The notes: generated by a model not told the origin, from the letters alone. Shown: positions 1-12,124, numbered from the stretch's first letter. The stretch: 64,000 nucleotides of DNA from Camelus ferus (GCF_009834535.1 NC_045698.1:12030001-12094000); one strand, 5' to 3'. Translations and numbers: made by a program.

Positions 1-477
1 CCATCTAGACCAGACCAACCAGGAGTGCCCCAATTCCGCACGCACCCCCGTGCAAATGCAGACTTGAGAACAGCACTTACAGCTGATCCTTTTTATCTGT
101 GCATGTGTCTACCTGGGTGAACAGGTACAGGGAAATATCTAGAAGGGCATTCATCAAAGGGTTGACTGATTATATAGGGACTGGAGGCTTGGGGGTAATT
201 TGTACTTTTTGCACTTTTATTTATTTTTAATATTTAACAATGAATTATATGTTAAATATTAACATATTTAACACTTTCACAAAGAGAATAAAGCCACCAA
301 GAAAAGACCACCATCTAAAGAGAGTCAATGACCACCCATGCTGAGCAGCCTCCTTGTATATCATGACCGGCAATTGGATATTCACAAGGATTAGACCACA
401 GATGGTCGGGATGTTTTCACTCAAACGTGACCTATTCTATATTGCTTAAGGAAGTGTACAACTTAATTAAATATTAA

Positions 478-655
478 CTATTTCTGAGCACTTATAATGA
501 GCCATTCACTAAGCTAAATATTTAATGTAGATTACCGTATTTATAAGACAAACCTATAAAGGAAGTATTATTGTCTTCATTTTATGGAAAACAAAATGAA
601 ATTCAGAGAGGCCACCTAACTAGTCAGTGGTGAGGCTGGGATTTGCAGGCAGGAT
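478..655 (-). mobile_element. MIR SINE relic
   Basis: Degenerate MIR core (tattattgtcttcattttatggaaaacaaaatgaaattcagagagg...gctgggatttg). Confidence 0.6.
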
Positions 656-964
656 TGGGAACAGCTTTGCATCCCTCCACAGACCATGTCTGCAGTCACT
701 CTACGGAACAGTCGAAATAGTTAAGTGTTTCATCTAAAGAAGTGAGCTTCAACTAACGAGGAAGTTATTCTGTATATATAAGTATATTCATCAAGAGACT
801 AGATCACTGGAGTGTTCCTCTGTTAGGAAGAGATGTCACTGGTTTGCAATTTTTCTAAGAGCAGGAGAGGGAGCCAAACCCAAACGTTTTACTATGTAAC
901 CTTTCCAATGATAACTGACAAAAGTTCATAAAAACAAATAGTAGGTGAACATTTTTTCTCATTC

Positions 965-1150
965 TGGTAGTTTTAAAATAAAGCCTGCAAGATTCGATGA
1001 CATTCTTCCCAAGAATAAGTGGGGTTCATGTCCTCTCCCCTCAAACCTGGGTTCTTCTACTGTTTGACCAAGAGGACATGGTAGACCTGATGCTTGGCCA
1101 GTTTCTGGACCCAGGCCTGTAACTGGCAGCTCATACTTCACGCCCTCTGA
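965..1150 (+). mobile_element. MaLR (MLT1-type) LTR fragment
   Basis: gtggggttcatgtcctctcccctcaaacctggg...tttgaccaagagg...ccagtttctggacccaggcct resembles old MLT1 5' ends. Confidence 0.5.
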
Positions 1151-2239
1151 TCCAATCATCCCCTTAATGAGTAAAATTAAAGTGGTATCTCTCACTCTCA
1201 TTTATGTGGCAAAATAATTTTGAATAACAGAGGAATATTAATATATGTGGAAAAATCTAAAGGATAGAATATTTTGCAGGCATTAAAAATGCATCCAAAA
1301 TGTTTAATGTCATTGGGAAATTCTTATGAGAGAAAAAAAAAGCAGGGTACAAAATTGTACATATTCTACATAATTATTGTAACTTTGCCAAGAAAATCTG
1401 TCCAAAGAAGTACTAGAGGAAACATAACGATCTTTTTTTTTTTTTAGGGGAGTAAGATTCCAATTCATCCTCTCTTCTTTATATTCATTTTTCTCTGTAC
1501 TATTTTTGTTTCTCCAAATAAAGAGTTGTAACATGTTTTAGTGGGAGGACACCACTGTGTATGAGATTGGCCCCTCAGGTAAGCTCGTGGCCTCACATAC
1601 CTTCTGTGGGACTCAAGATTTCCAGTGAGGAGACACCAAGCAGACCTGGACACAGGTTTGCCCCTGAAGGGACAAAGTCTGGAAAGAAGGACAGCCTGCA
1701 GGAGTGGGCTGTCCCTCTGGCAGGACAGCTTCTCTTGGCTGTCCTGGGACACCCTTTTTGTGGCCCACCATACAGCAGCTGCAGCCCTCCTTGGCACTGG
1801 AAACCAAAGAGGCCTTCATCAGACTGTAGGGATGGCAAAGAATTAGTCACCCTGTGTTTATAAGAAATGAGCTTTCACAGGGCTTGATTACCAGAGCTCA
1901 CCGGGCAGCCGTGAGGGTTTGGGAAGCGCGTTGCTTGCTCCCTGGTGGTTAAGATATTTCACACTAAACAAACTCTCTCGCGACAAGGACAGACTGCATT
2001 GTTCTCCGTTTTCTTAATCAATTCCAAATATTAGCCCAGCTGGATCAAAGTAGGATTTCAAAAGTGGTAAACACTGTCTACGCCCGAGAGCTATTTCCCA
2101 CAACTCTGTTGGAGGGTGAAAGAAAAATAAATCATTAATTTCTGTGACAAACCTCTACTTTGGGAATAACATAAATGAAGAAGATGGAGCACAGTTAGAA
2201 TTAAACGCTCACTCTTGCATCACTTGTGTGCTGGGGCTG

Positions 2240-2400
2240 GCCCCTGCAGGTTCACAAGAACCAGTTTCGAGCATCTCTTCCAAACCCCACTTTCATAGGT
2301 GGCTTGAAATGGACCACAGCGGGAGTATTTACAACAGAGGAATCAAGGAATGCTGAAGATCAGAGAGCCGGTTGTTCAGTATCTACCAACACACCACTGC
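2240..2400. mobile_element. MER63-like hAT DNA transposon relic
   Basis: gggagtatttacaac...agagccggttgttcagtatctaccaacacaccactg matches the MER63 terminus. Confidence 0.6.
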
Positions 2401-4687
2401 CTACAAGGCCCAAGAAGGGGTTCCCCTACCTCTCTCATTCACCTCCAGACACCCCCTCCTTTCTCCTCACGTCCCAACCTGACCAGACGGACTTTCTGAG
2501 CATCAAGCGCACGGAGTGCATGACCACCACACAACTGCCATAGAAGGCGTGTCTAACTGCACAGGTGCAGGGGTCAGCTGCCTGCCTTCAAACAGCTACT
2601 CCTTTACTTACTGGCTGTGTGAACCCTGTTTATTCACTTCACCTCTCTGTGCCTATTTCAAAACCAATGGCAACATGAGGACTTTTGCAGGCATAAGAGA
2701 GCTGAAATACGTGGGGACCCACCTCAGCTGAAGGTCCAGGCACACAGAGCTGGGGCGTGCTGGTCAGACTTCTTTGTGAGGCTTTTCTTAGCCTCACTGT
2801 ATATTTTAAAGAAATAGTATTCATCAACAAGGAAAAATTAAGCCTATAATTGGGCCAACCTGGATTATTAAAAACATCTAGCTTAAAGAATGTATTTAAA
2901 CCAATTTCTTTTAAATCTTCCAAGAATAAAATTGCTAATGCCATTTGCAAATACTAAAGAGGCCACGTGCTTTTAGAAAGCTTTGGTTTTCTCAAATACA
3001 ATAGCCCTGGGCATATCCAGAACCCAAATGTACAGCATCCTCCCCACTATGAGCAGAGCAGTCACGCCTGTGAGTAGCTGAGATTCCTACTACAGAGCTC
3101 CAGTTTTAGAGGCTCAGTGGCCTTTGGCAAACTTTTGAATCTTCACTATGTTATATGAAAAGTCAGATGGCCAACTTCACAGAGCCCTGCATTAGCAGCC
3201 AGCGGTTTGCTTCTGAAATGCTAAAACTGCACACTGTTCTTTTGGTAATAGTCTACTTAGCAGGAAATATTAAATCTGGGTAAAGCATAAGCAGATGCCT
3301 CTAAGCAATGTGGAAAACAACTGCTCTCTGCGGTTTCCAAGAGGGCATCCCCTCAGTGTCCTTTCCCCTGTCCCGTGGCTGGCAGGACACCAAGCCCATC
3401 CTTCCTCCCCATGGACTTCTGAGATCCTTGTCCAAAAAACCCACACCAGAGCCTGTCACACACTCAGAGCCCACATCGCTGGGCCAGACTCTCTGTCTGT
3501 TCTCTCTCTTACAAAGTAAAGCCCCTGATGTGAGTCCAAGTACCTAGGACAGGTCTACACCCCCACGTGGGGGACCCAGGTACCCGTCACCTGAGGAGTG
3601 ATCCCAGACTACTCTGTGGCTTCCAGGATAGCAGCCCTTCTCCTTGGATTTTCTTGATGTGTCCTTCATACTGATTTCTGAAATGCTTATCCAGCTACTT
3701 TCCAACGTACAAACTCAAGTTATGCTCCTAAAGTTAGCAGCATTATCACACCTCAGAATCCACGTTTCCATGAGACGTTATAAATGGTGCTAAGATCCAA
3801 TTCATGAGCGCACATATTACCTCGGTATGTCTCTCAAGTGTTTACTGAGGTGGCCCCACGGCCCTCAGCTGCTCGCTCAGGACCTCTCATAGCCTGGAAT
3901 GACATCCAGCCTCCGACCACGGCCTATGAGGCGCTGTGGGCCTGGCCACCCCCTTTCCTAGTCACGGCTCTCTTTTCCTGCCTTTCTGCTCCTAAGAGGC
4001 CGTCTCAGGATTTCCACCCAAGCCCAGTCCTCTCCATGCAACACACTCTCCTTACACCTCACAGGACCAGCCGCTTCCAGTCTCAGCTGTGAGAGCACTT
4101 CTGCGGAGAGCACGTCTTAACTACTCTTCCAGGTAATTCCCCACATTACCATTTTTATTTTTATCTTTTCTGTCCTCTGATCAGAAATACTCTTTACTTA
4201 TTTTTTTAACTTGTGCCGGCCTCCCCCATTCAGACTGTGTGCTCCTTGAGAGCGGAGGCCCAGCCCATCACCCCATCACCAGGCACAGCCATTGGTTTGG
4301 ATGCAGCTTGATAAACACATCCCAAATGAGCCAGGGGACGCGGGGACCTAGTTATCTTCTGTGGAAGTGCTGCTGAGATGAGACACATTCAGGGCCCGGT
4401 CTTGGAAGCCTAGGATGCTCCTGCTTCAGGGCAGCTGGAAGAGGCATCGCCTCACTTATCCACTCCACTCAGGCTGCTGGGGACATCTGAGGGCCTGCCC
4501 GCTGCCTTGAAGGTGGGATCCGAAATGAGGTGGGATGAAGAAGCAGACGTCTGGCCTGGGTATAATTTTCCTCGCATTTCTGGATCCTGTCTGCTTCCCG
4601 GGTCGCTGCCTCTACTTTCTTCTTCTTCGGCACCGGATGCTGCCTGCTTGGGCTTCTGCCTTCCTGATCTGGCATAGGAATGGCATT

Positions 4688-4823
4688 TGGGGGGGAGGGC
4701 AGGGGAAATTAAGTTTATTTATTTATTTAACGGACTTACTGGGGATCGAACCCATGACCTCGTGCATGCTAGGCATGTGCTGTACCACTGAGCAGCCTCC
4801 TCCCCTCCCCTCCCCTCCTCTCC
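4688..4823 (-). mobile_element. Camelid tRNA-derived SINE (Vic-1 type)
   Basis: Reverse complement has A box GCTCAGTGG and B box GGTTCGATCC plus (AAAT)n; TSD ATGGCATT at 4680-4687 and 4824-4831. Confidence 0.85.
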
Positions 4824-7029
4824 ATGGCATTCTTTCACACCCTCTCCCCTCATCTGCTGACCCCGACACTGGCACAAAGTCTTCGGAGCGTCTTACCAAG
4901 AGTGTTCACTATTGGCAACAAGATAAACGGCCAGGAGGAGGGGCTCTCCTCTGCTTCCCTCCCCGCCCCCACCCCCCAGCTGTGTTCACGCTCATCCATT
5001 TGGTGAATATGAAACCGTGTGTCAGAGACGCTGGACCACCGCGCAGGAGGCCGGCCATGCGGGCGGTGCGGGAAGCACAGTGCAGGTGCCCTAACGCAGC
5101 AGCCCAGTATTTGGTTCCCACTGATTAAACGCAGAGTTAGTTACAGAGCAGTTTGGGTCAGCAGATTCCAGAACAGAACAGAAGTAACATGAAGAAGCCC
5201 GTATGTGAGCCTCAACCAGAACCTGCTACAATCGAGCTCCAAGAACACGTTCCGTCAGCAGATAGGAGACTCATAATAGTTACTTCTCTTTCAGGCGTGG
5301 CTTGCACAAGGGAGTTGTCCAGTGACATTTAATCTCAAATTTAGCAAGAGGAAAATTCCCTCACAAGCATGATATTTTACTTCTAGCCTGGCTCTAAACG
5401 CTCCCCCTGGCTGGGGTGCCGTTTCTAACTTCCTGCACAGATGGGGGAAAAACAAGCAAGTGCACGGGGCAAAGCAGATTCTATAGGAAATCACCAGCTG
5501 CTGAGAGCTGGGAGTTACCTCATCAGAATGAAAAAGTGGGGGCAGGGGTACCCTACTTCAAACGAGTGAGATGTTTCTCACTTTCAGCAAATGTATTTTT
5601 AGTTTCTGGTAATAATATTGATTAGATATGTGCCGATTTTATATACATACATCCATATATATTTTTATATATACATCTTATCTGTTTATCTTTTGTAACC
5701 AGTACAATATTCTTAGGAAAAAACTGGTCTGTTTAGTTTACATCACAAACTGTTAGTTCAAAATATTTATAATTATCTATAATTAATTAACTTAATTACT
5801 CTTTAATTTAACTGTGATAATGTTATGTTTCATTAAGCAACCCTTATTACATTTTTGCCAAATCTCTCCCTTTAGCCTGTCCCCTAAATATAAAGTGGTT
5901 TAAAAATACACTCCATTCAACAAGTATTTATTAAAAGTACCTATTCAGTGCAAACATCTATGCAGAGAGTTGGTGGGAAAGCCATGATGTAAAGTGAAAA
6001 AGAGAAAGGCCTGCTTTCAGAAATGTTACAATGTCATGAGGGGACACATAAATACTGGTAGAGCCCCCATCATCTCAAACCCAAACTGACATTTAACCTT
6101 CTCTGAAAACGTTTTCTTAGCTATTTAATTAGTCCATGTCCTAACTCTAGGCACTTGTATGAACATCATCTTCAAGCAGTTGATTTAATGTTTCATTTTA
6201 TATAGAAAGTTCTTTCGTTATTCAACGAAATGTGAACTTAACATCCCCTTTGATGGACTGGGAAGGAATCTGGAAGAAAATATAAACTAGGAAACTAAAG
6301 AGAAAAGTAGCTTTTAAGGAAACGATTACAACTGATTAGAGTCCACACACATACGCTATACAACCACGGCTGAAAAGGGATGCTCACACAAGGACGGAAA
6401 AATCACTGTAGTGTTCCTATTCCTTGAGAGTTACCAGTTTCCACTTTCTTTGACAATAAAACTGTCAATAACCTCTTGGTTTTTTTTTAAACAGCTTTCT
6501 TTCTACTTCATGTATATATCTCCAAATTTCAGTGACCCTAATTAGAATTCCAATGACACCAGTTCATACAAATTTTGTGAACACAGCAATGGGGCTAGAA
6601 ATGGAAACTTTCAATGTGGACATAAGTTATGCTCATATTAATAGAAATAACTGCCTGCCTCCTTTCTCACCTCTATTGCCCCCTTCTTAGAGCCAGATTA
6701 TTAATAAAAACTTCGATACAACTCATGTACTGCATATGGGAGCCCCTAGGATCACATTTTCAAAGGTAAAAACTGTGGTTAAAAAAATTATTGCAATAGT
6801 AAAATGGATATATTGGTCTAAGAGTTCACCTTTACAAATGTTCAACAAGTCTTTAAAATGCGAGCATTTTACAAAATGTTCACTAGCTTAGATTTCTAAC
6901 AACTACCATCTAAATTTAAAACTCAAACATCAAGAAATTCAAGGAGACTTTACAGGGTGTAGGAGGAAACACTTTTTAATAATTTCAGGCCATCACTTCC
7001 TCATTCAAGAAAAACACTTAATAGCATAT

Positions 7030-9025
7030 GTTTCTAAAAATATATTCAGTTAATTTTTTGTCTCTCTCTTCATGCTAAAGAAAACTCCATTTCTATTTTT
7101 TTAATTTTAATTTCAACTGCCTTTTATATTAGTCAATAATATTTTTTAAAAGATAATTAGTAAATGAAATAGACTCCAGAAAAAGTAAATATATATCATA
7201 ATTACCTTTTGCCTGGTCCAAAGTCCTCACCTTCAGGCATTGCTGCCCTTTAAAGAAATAATAACAAAGTGGAGATGGTTTCTTCTCCTCGCTGACGGTG
7301 ACTGTCAGGAGGGGGAATACCCCAGTAAGTCAAGTTCTTTCCTTTTGGGAGAAAAGCGCTCCTCCCTTACTCAGAAAGTAGGTGTTTACAAATGTCTGAA
7401 GCGCCTGCCTGCCTTGAATGAAGCTCAGAGCCGGGTTATCAGGACTGTCCCCTTCTAAAAATAAATAGGTCACCTCTTCCTCCTGGGACCGTGACAGGCA
7501 GCTGGGAGCAAGCACTGCCCGGCTGCCCAGCATTTTCTGCCCAGTCGTGTGAGAAGGTGTCACCACCCAGCGATTAACCTTTCCTGGGATGACTTCACCT
7601 AGACCAGCCTCCCCTTTCTCTTCCCCTTTTTTTTTCCTGGCATGACAGGGCACCCCACCGAAGGACGGCAGGGCTTGAAACTCAGCCTGGGCTATCAGAT
7701 CTCCAGCTCACAGGAGGGGCTCGGGGGTGGAGATCAAGACGGGCAGCACCTGCCAGAGCCGAGAGGCGCGTCTGTGCTGGAAACGCACAGCCACTCAGCA
7801 AAAACATCCCTTACTTAACAACAACAACAAAAAGGGGTGGGGGGAGCAGTGAAAGAGGGAATGTCAATAAATAACTGTGTTTTTAGGGATACTGTTTTGC
7901 CAGAAAGTCTTTCTTTGGGTCATCTAGATGTCTCAACTCAGAAGTCAGCACACCAGTGTGGGTCCGTGTGTTCCTTTGGTTAACGTGGTTTCCTCTGAGG
8001 TGCCACCCCTCTGCCGTCAGGGAGCAGCTGCACACTGGAGCCTCAAACATTTTTATAGCTCGGTCCCTCACTGCCTACAAGTCACCCATTACCAGGGACC
8101 CTCATTCTGCTTGTTTTCAAAAAAGGCTAAGGAAAATGTTACTGAGATCCCTTTAGGAATATATCCTGAAAGCTTTGCATAAAAACTTGGAACCATTTTT
8201 CTTTTTCCAGATTGGGAATGTTAAGTAAGGCCATACGCAAGATCTAATTATTGAGAAACAATATACTTTTCTTTTCAAAACATGTGTTCCATGGTTATAG
8301 GATTAGTCATAGCTAATCCTAGCCACATATCTGTATTCCATGTATACTTCGCATTTATACGTGTGAAAGTGATTTCTAGAGCATTAAAAAATTGAAAAGT
8401 CAAAACAAATATCATGTACTTTTCTTGAGACAGCATTAGCTATTTTGTGACACACGTGTCGCGGCAATTGGAGACAATTCTTTAATAGTTCACACAAGAG
8501 GTGAAGTTTTAGACTTCAAGCTCTAAGGCTAAGTGGCTGCAGACGCTCAAACACATAACTCAGACACTGCTGACCTTGAAAGAAAGCAGTCATATAAGCA
8601 GAGTTCCGAAGATCAAGGCGTGCCCAAGCCTCTCAGAACTGGAGCAATGTGCTGTGTCGTTAGAAGTTCCGGGTCTGAAGAAGGGAAAACTTGAGGCACT
8701 GACAACGTTATCCACGAGAATATTTCACCACTTCTACTTAACCTGATCCACAAAAATGCAAATTCTAAGATCTAATTCTCAGTTCTAACAATTCTATCCC
8801 ATTAACTTTACCTTTTTTGGTCCTTTTAAGCTCCGACTGCGCTGTTCCTTGACTACCTACAGCAGCTGTTGTTGAACCTAGCTGCTGCTGACGACAGAAC
8901 TGACTACTATATCCCTGAAACCTGCCTCTCAATTTTAAAGGACAATTGGCTGTGCTGTGCTGTAGGAGATGGATTATCCATTACTACGATCAAATATTTC
9001 CTTTAATTTCCTCTAAAAATACTTC
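7030..9025 (-). promoter_or_regulatory. Muscle-type promoter/enhancer motif cluster
   Basis: MEF2-like CTAAAAATA at 7034, 7455 and 9013; E-boxes CAGCTG 7499-7504 and 8025-8030, CACCTG 7747-7752; TEAD GGAATG 7858-7863 and 8215-8220; FOX TGTTTAC 7383-7389; minus-strand TATAAAA 8051-8057; no recognisable interspersed repeat over about 2 kb. Confidence 0.6.
7206..7780 (-). other. SVIL: Putative muscle-specific (archvillin-type) first exon; 5' end approximate
   Basis: Donor CAAAAG|gtaat at 7206/7205; repeat-free unique sequence with many muscle TF motifs. The TSS cannot be fixed from sequence. Confidence 0.55.
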
Positions 9026-9624
9026 CTTTAAGCACTCCTTCATGCATTTTTAAGTTACTTGCTCCAACCATAAATTCCCCTATAGGTATATTTGTGTTAA
9101 TTTCTGAAATTCACAAGGACAAGAAGGGGAAACAGGACGGCACAGATGTCAAAAACCAGAGGGAGGACACAGTGGGTGGCTTCCTTGCCTGAATGACACC
9201 TGCGGTCCTGTGGGGAATTAGGGTGTCAAGGTTTCCCTCATCACTGCTGACCCAAAATCTACTGGGCATCCTGAATTTAAGGACTCAGAGAATACAGATG
9301 TGGGAACGACCCTGAGGGCCACAAAAGCCAACCAGGATTTTCAGGTGCCGAATCTGGGTTCCAGCAAAGTTAGATGACCTCCTGGTGTCAGAGCCTTCAG
9401 TGCTGAGGGCTCTTTTCATTCCTGCAGAAGAACAGACAGCAGAGACCATCCATTCTGGCAAGTCCAACACAGTTTAAGTTTTCTTATACCCGTACTCCTT
9501 CAAAATCTGCACATGCTTAATTTTAGTAATATTTAAGTGAGCATTTTTATTTTCTTTTGCAGTGTAATGTCATACAGTATGGGCTAAGAAAATAATTGTC
9601 ATTTCAAAGTTAAATGGCTACTTT

Positions 9625-9754
9625 CAATATGACAATGCATATATGTATACGCATGACTGGGACATTGTGCTGTACACCAGAAGTGGACACATTGTAACTG
9701 ACGGTACTTGAATAAAAAACAATAAAAAATTTTTTTTAATTAAAAGAAAATTTT
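9625..9754 (+). mobile_element. Young 5'-truncated camelid-type L1 3' end
   Basis: gcatgactgggacattgtgctgtacaccagaa...aataaaaaa; TSD AATGGC(T/C)ACTTT at 9613-9624 and 9755-9766. Confidence 0.75.
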
Positions 9755-9984
9755 AATGGCCACTTTTCTTAATGTCCTTTTTTCTCTTGACACAGTCATT
9801 GGTCTAAGAGTTTTGTTTTTGTTTTTGTTTTTGTTTTTTTCCATTTCTCCTCCAGCAGCACTGACTGAGGCTCTGGAACTTGCAGAGACAATGAGAGGGA
9901 CCTTTCCTCTCTTGGAGGTTACAGGACAATACTAGCATGCATGGTTAAAAAATGGGGGTGGGTGGTTGTGAGTGGAGACAAAAT

Positions 9985-10269
9985 GACTATGGGAGGTAGA
10001 TAATTAATTCTCTGCTAAGCTGAACTAACAGAATTCTTGCTGAAGGCAGGCCGGGGGTCAGGTGTTACCCGGGGGATGGTGAGACATGAGGGATTTGTGG
10101 TTAGCTGCTAAGGGTGATCAAACACCAAGGGTGGAGGATTCTCCGTAAACTGACTTGACAAGTTTCTTGGTAAAACTGGATCCTGAGGACATACGCAAGG
10201 ACAGAGCCTAGCTGAAAAAGAGCTCAGAGGAGCCAGACTAGAGTTTGGTCAAAGAGAGAGTCTTTGTCA
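9985..10269 (-). mobile_element. MER31-like ERV1 LTR (partial)
   Basis: Reverse complement begins TGACAAAGACTCTCTCTTTGACCAAACTCTAGTCTGGCTCCTCTGAGC, the MER31 5' end. Confidence 0.7.
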
Positions 10270-10326
10270 CCTCGTAAGAACAAGGCACATCTTGATTTTG
10301 TGTAGCACTCAGTGGACCCTTCAGAT

Positions 10327-10400
10327 CTGCACGGTCCAATATGGTAGCCACTAGCCACACCTGGCTACTGAGCACTTAAAATGTGGCTAGTTTGGAATTT
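10327..10400. mobile_element. MER3-like hAT-Charlie fragment
   Basis: gtccaatatggtagccactagccacacctggctactgagcacttaaaatgtggctagt. Confidence 0.7.
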
Positions 10401-11384
10401 AGGATGGAATAGGAAAAAAAGAATGTTTTCTGCTTGATGATTTTGTGTTAGGAAAACTCAAAACTGCAAATCTATAGCCAAGTTATTTTGGAATATTTCC
10501 CTCTTTCCCCTCTTTGTTTTTTGTGTGTTTTTTTTTTAATTCTCAAGAATATGTAAGAACTTACTTCACTTATCTGCCCTTCAAAGCAAATTTCAATGAA
10601 ATTGGTTCCACTGAGATGACTCTGCATTCTTAGTATAGACAGTATTTGAATAAAGTTGCTCAATTAAAAAAAGGAACTATCTCATCACCTATGTTTATAT
10701 TGATTACATGTTGAAATTATTTTGGGTATTTTGGTTAAAAAAATCATCAGAACATCCCTGAGAAGAGTCCACTGAGCATTTTCTCCCTCAATACTCAGCC
10801 TCTGCTATTCTCCACTAAAACCCTCTCCCATCTTCGCTTCCCTTCAGCCTCTGAAGACAAGACCCCATAAGGAACTTCTTCAAGGCCAGGCTGTATCCCA
10901 AGTTCTTCATTCCTCCCCTCCTCTCATCTCCAGTGTGTAGCATCAAGTGTCCCATCCTCTTCTCACCAGTTCCTGACCCTCCCAAATTCTACTTCCCCTC
11001 AGCCCACAGAAGTACCCAGGCCTTTTCCAGAAATCCCACCCCGACCACAATCTCCTTCTAGTCCCTAATCTCTGTCTTGTGCCCTTTACAACCAAAGGTC
11101 CTAACCAGTAGTCTGTGGCCAACTCACTCCTCACCAATTACAACCTACTTCTGGCCCACACTGCTCTTCAAACACAGCGGATACTTACTGTCCATCTAGT
11201 CTACCTGCTCTCCAGTGGCCCGGCCCTGCTGCCCACTCTCTTTGTCTTGATGCTCTCTCCATCCTTGGCTGGAAGACTCCACTTTCTGTGCTCAGCCCCA
11301 CCCCTTTCAACATCAACATCCCTTCTTGGTTCCTTTAGGTGTCCCTCTGCTAACCAGCTCTTAAAGCTTGGTGATCTGCAGGGC

Positions 11385-11530
11385 CGAGCTTCCTAAACCT
11401 CAAACAGTACGGAGGAGTGGGCCCCACCCTCACTCACTCCCATCAGTGTGGGATGGGCTGTGAATCTGTTCCCAGATGGGGCTGCTGCTGCTGCTGCTGC
11501 CGGTGGGGGAACCACTCTTCGAGAGCACAG
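11385..11530. mobile_element. MER5A-like hAT relic containing (GCT)6
   Basis: tcccagatggggctgctgctg...ggggaaccactcttcgagagcac resembles the MER5A 3' half. Confidence 0.45.
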
Positions 11531-11674
11531 TCCTGGCGTTCTAACACTGGCCATCTTCCTTTTCATGCTACACAATCTCTCTAAGAAATCTCTCTGTTCC
11601 TGGAATTTCAACTCTCACCTCTGTGCCCAAATCTCTATTCCTAGTCATACACTCTCCAGAACTCCAAACCTACA

Positions 11675-12124
11675 CAGATGGTCCTCAACTTATAATTTTT
11701 CGCCATCATGACAGTGTGAAAGAGAGATGCACTCAGGAGAAACCGTACTTGGAATTTTGAATTTCGAGCTTTTCGCGATCTAGCAAAATGTAGTACAACA
11801 CTCTCTGGTGACGCTGCAGCGCCCAGTCGGCCATGTGATCAGGAGGGAGAACAACCAATACGCTTACAGCCATCCTGATGTTCACTTCCAGTACAGTGTT
11901 CAGTACATGAGCTATTCAACACTTTATTATAACGCAGGCTTTGTGTTGGATGATGGTGCCCAACTGGAGGCTCATGGAAGTGTCCTGAGCACGTTTAAGG
12001 TGGTCTCGGCTAAGCTGTGATGTTCAGCAGGTTAGGTGTATTGAATGCATTTCTGACTTATGATGTTTTCATCTTATGATGGGTTTGTCAGGACACAACC
12101 CCATCTTAAACCCAGGAGGATCTG
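11675..12124. mobile_element. MER47/Tigger5-like Tc1-mariner non-autonomous element
   Basis: Termini CAGATGGTCCTCAACTTA...GAGGATCTG followed by TA; internal ggctaagctgtgatgttcagcaggttaggtgtattgaatgcattt. Confidence 0.75.

Noticed and set aside
3560..3573. 14-bp perfect palindrome CCCCCACGTGGGGG with E-box
   Set aside because: About four such palindromes are expected by chance in 64 kb (64000/4^7).
4535..5128. 197-aa ORF
   Set aside because: Reads through an antisense SINE and low-complexity C-runs; no protein similarity recognised.
5381..5432. Candidate minus-strand exon
   Set aside because: Good acceptor but weak donors; indistinguishable from a pseudo-exon.
11481..11500. (GCT)6 encoding poly-Ala in the ORF track
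   Set aside because: Short expansion inside a MER5-like relic; not coding.
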